Assembly (NCBI GenBank): GCA_031409655.1
Contig: JANNXQ010000127.1
Span: 51,497 to 115,496, forward strand
Direction: 5' to 3'
Source of the DNA: Chthoniobacteraceae bacterium
GTDB taxonomy: Bacteria > Verrucomicrobiota > Verrucomicrobiia > Chthoniobacterales > Chthoniobacteraceae
Length of the DNA: 64,000 nucleotides
Shown: one piece after another, positions 59,301-64,000 of the stretch
Layout: each line of letters starts with the position of its first letter
Position numbering within the stretch: position 1 is the first letter of the stretch
The notes under the pieces: model-generated
Told to the model about the DNA's origin: nothing
The model's input: only the letters and a program-made list of their open reading frames with translations
Database searches by the model: none
Translations under genes and position numbers: made by a program

Positions 59301-62300
59301 TCTGGATCTCCAATGACACCGAGCCAGTGAATGCGATCAAGCGCGCCTCCGTGACGACAGGCACGGCCTCCCAGCAGTGGAGTGCGCCCGGCGAGACTCG
59401 CCAGAAGTCGGCCTTCCTCGCGCTGGAGGCGGGGCAGAAATATTACCTAGAAATCCTCCACAAAGCGGGCCCCGGCGCTGGCGACAATCTCGCCGTGGGC
59501 TGGGCCAAGCCCGGCGAGTCTGGCACCGCGCCGAGCCAGGTGGTGCCTGGGAGCGCTCTCTCCACGTACGTCGCGGCAGCACCCGCGACCGCGGGCACGC
59601 TCTATCTCGCCACGATGCTCACCCAGAGTGGCGCGAAGACCAATGGCGTCGGCAGCTCGACCTTGCGCCTGAGCGACGACGAGACCTATGCGACCATGCG
59701 CTATAGCTACAGCGGGCTGACGGGTGCGATCACCTCGCAGCACATTCACACGGATGCGTATCTCACCAAGCCTTCGACGATCGTCTTCGATATTGATACC
59801 CCGGGCATGGCTCAGACCGATTTAGGCGGTGGATTGCAGCCCGACGGCAGTTACAAGTGGTTTATCCTCCCGGTTGGCACGCTCAGCGCCGCGGAAATCC
59901 GCGAGATCATCAAGGAAGGCAAGGCCTACATCAACCTGCACACCGCGCTGTATCCCGCCGGTGAAATCCGCGGTAACTATACCCTGGCCGGCGGCTCTCG
60001 GACCTTCACCGTCCCGCCCGCGGCGCCCTCCTGGACGGACGATCACGATACCGACGCCGGCGCCGTGCGTTTCCTGACCCAGGCGACCTTTGGCCCGAAT
60101 ATCGCCGACATTGCCGCGCTGAAGACGAACTTCGCCAGCTATGACGCGTGGATCGAAGACCAGTTCACCAAGCCGGCGAGCAAGCACCTCCCGGAAGTGC
60201 TGGCCCGGGAGTACGGTGCGCAAAACGGGTTCGGCGCCTTCGATAATTCCCTCACTTTCAACGCCTGGTGGCGGAACGCCATCAGCGGGGATGACCAACT
60301 CCGCCAGCGCGTCGCTTTCGCGCTGAGTGAGATCCACGTCGTCTCGGGGCAGGGCCCGCTCGACAATCGCGCCGACGCACTCTCGTATTTTTACGATAAG
60401 TTGCTCGAGGGCGCGAGTTCGACCGGCGGGGCCTTCGGCAACTTCCGGGACATCCTGGAAGTGACGACGCTGACGCCCACGATGGGTCGGTATCTCGACA
60501 TGCTGAAGAACGATCGGCCGGATCTCTCGACCGGAAAGATCCCGAACGAAAACTACGCTCGGGAAATCATGCAGCTCTTCTCGATCGGTCTTTACCGGAT
60601 GTGGCCCGATGGCTCGCTGATCTTGAACTCCCAAGATGAACCCGTGGCTACTTACACCCAGCGGGAGATCGTCGGCGTGGCTCACGTCTTCACTGGCTGG
60701 GACTACGGATACAATGGCGCCTACCGGACCACGATTGGGGCGAGCACCAGTTGGATTCGCCAAATGCGCGAGGTCCCTGCCCGGCACGATAGCGGGCCAA
60801 AGCGGATCCTGAACAACGAGGTGCTGCCGGGCCTCACCGCGGCGGGCGGCCAGGCGGTCGATCAATATGCGACCCACGTCAGCACGCAATACAACGATCC
60901 CGCCTATCAGGCGCTGCCCCAGCAGGAGCTTGATGCGGTCCAAGATCAGCTCTTCAATCACCCGAATACCGGCCCGTTCATCTGCCGCCAGCTCATCCAG
61001 CGGATGGTGACGAGCAACCCGTCGCGCGACTACCTCTATCGCGTGGTGAGCAAATTCAATGACAACGGCTCCGGCGTCCGTGGCGACATGAAGGCCGTGA
61101 TCAAAGCCATCCTGCTCGACTACGAAGCCCGCAGCCCCGACACCATCACCAAGAACACCTACGGGAAACAACGCGAAGCCGTCCTGCGCACGGCCAATGC
61201 GGCCCGCGCCTTCCGTCCGAATGGCTCGTCCGGAAGCTTCAATCAGCTCAGCGGTTCGCATGTGATCAACATCACGGGCTTGAGCAATAGCACGCTGGTC
61301 GGTGGCAACACGGCGTATCTAGAGTTCCCGACCGCCACGCCAGCGAGTGGCAAGCCAACCTCGGAAGCCTACACCGTGCTGAGCACACCGCCGCCGAACG
61401 CCAACTCCTTCTCCGTGAATGCCAAGGGCTGGATCGGCGTGAGCACGTCGAACGGATCGACGAACAACGGATTCTCCGGCGGCACTTACAGCATCCCGGT
61501 AAATTCGACGGTCATGACGGTGACCCTCTCGTCGCACTGGCTCGGGGCTGGGCAGATGGCCTGGCTCGACTTCGGCACGACTAGCGTCGTCGGTCCTGCG
61601 ATGACGGACGGGATCTACACCACCGCTACCTCCAACAGCATCGACAATAGCTCGGGCGGCGTGCCCGGGACGACCTTCACGGTGACGGTGGCCTCGAATG
61701 CAGCGCTGCGCTCCGGGTTGTTGCGCATCCCTAGATTCCAGGCTTCGTATATCCATACGAGTTCGGGCCTCGCGGCGCCGAACGAGCGCCGGGTCACCAT
61801 CAGCACGCTCGGTGGAACTTCCGCGCCGAACAACGACCACCATCTGGCGCCGGGAGATCATGTCTTCATCAACACCACGGCAGGGCTGTTTCCGGTGGTG
61901 GACAGCGAGTACATCATCGACAAGGTGACCGATGCCAACACCTTCACCATCCTGACCGACGCCGCCCATACCAGCGGGACGAATGGCGACAACGAGAATC
62001 AGGTCTTCTTGTTCCCACTGAGTGCTCAGCCGACCGGAGTGACCGGAACCGTGAATTCGCTCCCGAGCACCTTCAACATGAACAATACCGATGGAGACAT
62101 CGATCAGACGCCGCTCAATTCGCCGACGGTGTTCAACTTCTTCCTGCCGGACTTCAAATACCCCGGCGCATTGGCCTCGGTGGGTATCACCACGCCGGAA
62201 TTTCAGGACACAGCGGAGACCTCGGTGGTGCGTTCGTCGAACTTCGTGTTCAACGCCATGTTCACAAACTCAAGCAACACCAACGGCATCGCCTCCTTTA

Positions 62301-62890
62301 AGAGTGCTACTGGCGGCTCCAACGGCCTCGTCCTGGATCTCAGCCCGTGGATGGCCACGGGCACGCAGTACGACGACAAACTCGGTGCCGCGCCCGTCCC
62401 AGGCGAGGCCTGGACGAGTAATGCGAACGTCAGCACCCTGATCAGCCACTTCAACACGCTCCTCAACACCCGGATGAGTGCGGCCGCGCAGACGATCATC
62501 TCAAACTTCGTGGCCTACGAGCGGACGATCTCCAGCATTCCAGTGAGCAACAACTGCCGGATCAACACGTCCGCCGCCCACGGCTTGGCGACCGGGGATT
62601 ACATCACGTTGAGCGGAATCAGTGGAGGGACGTTCCAGAACAGCACGACCTCCGTGAATATCTCCGATATTAACACCACTTGGAAAGTAACGGTCGCGGC
62701 CCCGGGTAGTTCGGCCTTCACGCTGGACGGGGTGAAGTGCACGAGCATCAGTGGGCTCAATCTGACTAGTGCCCGCACGTCCTACGTGCCTTACGCCAAT
62801 TCGAACCCGACCGACACCAACAAGCGCGACCGCCTGCGTTCGATCCTCCACCTCATCCTCACCAGCCCCGACTACACCATCCAGCGATAA
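56345..62890 (+). CDS. Giant secreted DUF1800 protein with Calx-beta-like, PA14 (about three), Ig-like and CHRD domains
   Basis: Signal peptide; DxDGDG repeats; FSVRWTGQVQPQYSEEYTF (PA14); YINLHTALYPAGEIRG (CHRD); RFLTQATFGP, LRQRVAFALSEI, PNENYAREIMQLFSIGL and HPNTGPFICRQLIQRMVTSNPS (DUF1800). Confidence 0.92.
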   Translation: MKTRLNFLRSRFAPLAAALLLLAAAPLPAAIDLNGNGLSDVWELLHEDAVDPAGDADGDGQSNLEESIFGTDPMVASNRFHSPALAFNVATGQLEVSWSSVAGKRYQLQTCGDLATGAWVNEGAAVMGTGATLSANRPPGSLSRLYLRVQVSDVDTDGDSLTNWEEITLGLDPNDRSNGTGSFGDGGKGTGNSAQANPVVTIVATQPLAAEDGPTPGKVTIQRSGATNLVLVGYSITGTATKNVDHTAVSAWVTLAEGVNSADVMINALNDSVLESSESVTVAISFVLSITPTVSLSIAPGSPSKATVIIANRSTATGTGLLGKYYDNASTTYTNAANFSGTPFSRVDPTVDLDWSYGTPNGNTLLTSADTYSVTWEAYLSPTPTGTTFNVLTNNYVFQLNAADDDKARVFLDANDGNGFVQILQNGWDDAATGTYKQSGTYTLTVPAGPANRYHIKVEFIETSGNATCGLQWKVGTAGFVNIPVSTTVNSVSTTNVFTDNVGTTAGWVGKYYDGMAMPISSNTLKSTQTDSAVTNGNNGFWGAGTPDPSIGRDTFSVRWTGQVQPQYSEEYTFVVNCDDAAKLWINGQPLTLRLASATSSSGTYNYNGTTGDTVVTHPNIPNGSFVLGETVRVDPTSGNLSYATGSTYSYDSVTGNAVITYSNLTTVAAGGFHTGETVYLDPTSGNLTSLASLPYPITADDGATTFTVNFGAGAFLDGTGSINIADVRDAVVTAVGTGTVTVSFGTGKSATGAGNCTIEAINKPVDWPTSLTTDRYARVTLLGGLRYEIRLDYFENTGPAKCQLSWYSPSQPKQIIPSTRLYPTSVAQQQAFHTGPTSAYGQVGGPISIAVSGSNGSTVSISGKPTWLTFSGGVLTGTPPAGAGGDYQMIITTTNAAGIGTSIINLHVDDNTDKPIAREYWTGVAGSTVADIPTSTAPTGSSNLASLEGPSGAGPNYGARIRGFLIAPVTGNYYFWIAANNAAELWISNDTEPVNAIKRASVTTGTASQQWSAPGETRQKSAFLALEAGQKYYLEILHKAGPGAGDNLAVGWAKPGESGTAPSQVVPGSALSTYVAAAPATAGTLYLATMLTQSGAKTNGVGSSTLRLSDDETYATMRYSYSGLTGAITSQHIHTDAYLTKPSTIVFDIDTPGMAQTDLGGGLQPDGSYKWFILPVGTLSAAEIREIIKEGKAYINLHTALYPAGEIRGNYTLAGGSRTFTVPPAAPSWTDDHDTDAGAVRFLTQATFGPNIADIAALKTNFASYDAWIEDQFTKPASKHLPEVLAREYGAQNGFGAFDNSLTFNAWWRNAISGDDQLRQRVAFALSEIHVVSGQGPLDNRADALSYFYDKLLEGASSTGGAFGNFRDILEVTTLTPTMGRYLDMLKNDRPDLSTGKIPNENYAREIMQLFSIGLYRMWPDGSLILNSQDEPVATYTQREIVGVAHVFTGWDYGYNGAYRTTIGASTSWIRQMREVPARHDSGPKRILNNEVLPGLTAAGGQAVDQYATHVSTQYNDPAYQALPQQELDAVQDQLFNHPNTGPFICRQLIQRMVTSNPSRDYLYRVVSKFNDNGSGVRGDMKAVIKAILLDYEARSPDTITKNTYGKQREAVLRTANAARAFRPNGSSGSFNQLSGSHVINITGLSNSTLVGGNTAYLEFPTATPASGKPTSEAYTVLSTPPPNANSFSVNAKGWIGVSTSNGSTNNGFSGGTYSIPVNSTVMTVTLSSHWLGAGQMAWLDFGTTSVVGPAMTDGIYTTATSNSIDNSSGGVPGTTFTVTVASNAALRSGLLRIPRFQASYIHTSSGLAAPNERRVTISTLGGTSAPNNDHHLAPGDHVFINTTAGLFPVVDSEYIIDKVTDANTFTILTDAAHTSGTNGDNENQVFLFPLSAQPTGVTGTVNSLPSTFNMNNTDGDIDQTPLNSPTVFNFFLPDFKYPGALASVGITTPEFQDTAETSVVRSSNFVFNAMFTNSSNTNGIASFKSATGGSNGLVLDLSPWMATGTQYDDKLGAAPVPGEAWTSNANVSTLISHFNTLLNTRMSAAAQTIISNFVAYERTISSIPVSNNCRINTSAAHGLATGDYITLSGISGGTFQNSTTSVNISDINTTWKVTVAAPGSSAFTLDGVKCTSISGLNLTSARTSYVPYANSNPTDTNKRDRLRSILHLILTSPDYTIQR

Positions 62891-62897
62891 GACCGTT

Positions 62898-64000
62898 ATG
62901 AGCACCGACTACGATCCAAACCTCACGAGCCGGAGAGATTTCATCCGGCAGGCGTCCTGTGCCGCGGTCGGCACCTTGGCGATGAAGAGCACCATCCGCG
63001 ATCTCCGCCTGATCAATCGGGCGGTCGCACAGAGTTCGCTGTCCGGTTACAAGGCGCTCGTCTGCCTGTTCCTCTCCGGCGGCAACGATGCGAACAACTG
63101 GATCGTGCCCACCGACACCACGACTTACGACAACTACGCGGCGATTCGTGGGAATCTCACCATTCCAAAATCCGCCCTGCTGACCCTGCGGACCGGACCC
63201 AGCGGAGGCGATCCGACTTATCAGGATGCCGACGGACACACTTACGGATTTCATCCGGGTTGTCCGGGACTCCAGACGCTCTTCGGGGAAGGGAGTCTCG
63301 CCACGATCTTTAATGTGGGAACGCTGGTGCGCCCGACCACGCGTGCGCAATACACTTCGTCGAATTCGGCCTTTTACCAACCCCCGCAGCTTTTCTCCCA
63401 CAGCGATCAGGTCACCCACTGGCAGACGTCCCTGCCCGACCAGCCGCCGAAATCGGGATGGGGAGGACGCCTCGCAGATCTGCTCCACCCGCTCCAGTAT
63501 GAACTCCTGAACGGCGTGCCTACCGCCAACTCTGCCAAGATCGCACTCTGCACCTCGTTGGCTGGCTCGAATACTTACGAGGTCGGAAACACCTTTGCGC
63601 AGTATCACGTCTCGACCGGCGGTGCCGTCACCCTGACCGGAGCCACGGGCACGCGCTTGCAGGCCATGCAGGATATCCTCGCGGTGGCCGACTCGAATTT
63701 GCAACGCAATGCGTTTTCCGGTGTCACCAAAAATGCCATCGCGACCGGCGATCTCCTGAACAGCGCGATCGCGCACACTGATCCCGCCGCGGCGTCACCC
63801 ATCACTCCGATCGTCTGGAGCACGCCTTTTCCGAATACCGGCCTCGGCAACCAGCTAAAAATGATCGCCCGCATCATCGAAGCCGGCCCTCGCCCTTCCT
63901 CCGGCTACGCGGCCAGCGTCGGACCCGGCCTCGACATGAAACGGCAGATTTTCTTTTGCTCAGTCGGTGGCTACGACACGCACACCACGCAGGTGCAAAA
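62898..64000 (+). CDS. Tat-exported DUF1501 protein (runs off right edge)
   Basis: Manual translation: MSTDYDPNLTSRRDFIRQASCAAVG...YKALVCLFLSGGNDANN...PPQLFSHSDQ...KRQIFFCSVGGYDTH. Typical partner downstream of DUF1800. Confidence 0.92.
   Translation, partial: MSTDYDPNLTSRRDFIRQASCAAVGTLAMKSTIRDLRLINRAVAQSSLSGYKALVCLFLSGGNDANNWIVPTDTTTYDNYAAIRGNLTIPKSALLTLRTGPSGGDPTYQDADGHTYGFHPGCPGLQTLFGEGSLATIFNVGTLVRPTTRAQYTSSNSAFYQPPQLFSHSDQVTHWQTSLPDQPPKSGWGGRLADLLHPLQYELLNGVPTANSAKIALCTSLAGSNTYEVGNTFAQYHVSTGGAVTLTGATGTRLQAMQDILAVADSNLQRNAFSGVTKNAIATGDLLNSAIAHTDPAAASPITPIVWSTPFPNTGLGNQLKMIARIIEAGPRPSSGYAASVGPGLDMKRQIFFCSVGGYDTHTTQVQ

Overview
High-GC bacterial window. The gene content suggests a Verrucomicrobiota (Chthoniobacter-like) genome; this is inference from the PSD1/DUF1501, DUF1800/DUF1501, PEP-CTERM and sulfatase genes. 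Left to right it holds: a partial DapA/NanA-family lyase; seven Cys-type sulfatases, four of them in a PhoD-sulfatase-SGNH operon; a PSD1 cytochrome-c/DUF1501 pair; a TolC-adaptor-RND efflux operon with an antisense PIN toxin-antitoxin pair wedged inside; an ECF sigma/anti-sigma/DUF1223 cluster; Fpg/Nei; a sulfonate/nitrate-type ABC transporter preceded by a collapsed porin relic; nadD-rsfS, where rsfS appears to start at CTG and is missing from the ORF track; a stand-alone CHASE2 protein; a 3619-aa PATR-repeat PEP-CTERM surface protein; a dead PIN toxin with intact antitoxin; and a giant PA14/CHRD/DUF1800 protein followed by a partial DUF1501 gene. The most striking structure not explained by genes is a dense, layered set of short palindromic elements. 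It includes REP/REPIN doublets, head-to-head 6/7/9-mer tandem arrays, TIR-bounded shells carrying these as cargo (one with a 6-bp target duplication), and a 158-bp cassette present three times whose core is flipped relative to conserved flanks. Several of these elements are read in frame inside protein-coding genes. No rRNA, tRNA, CRISPR array or transposase was recognised.
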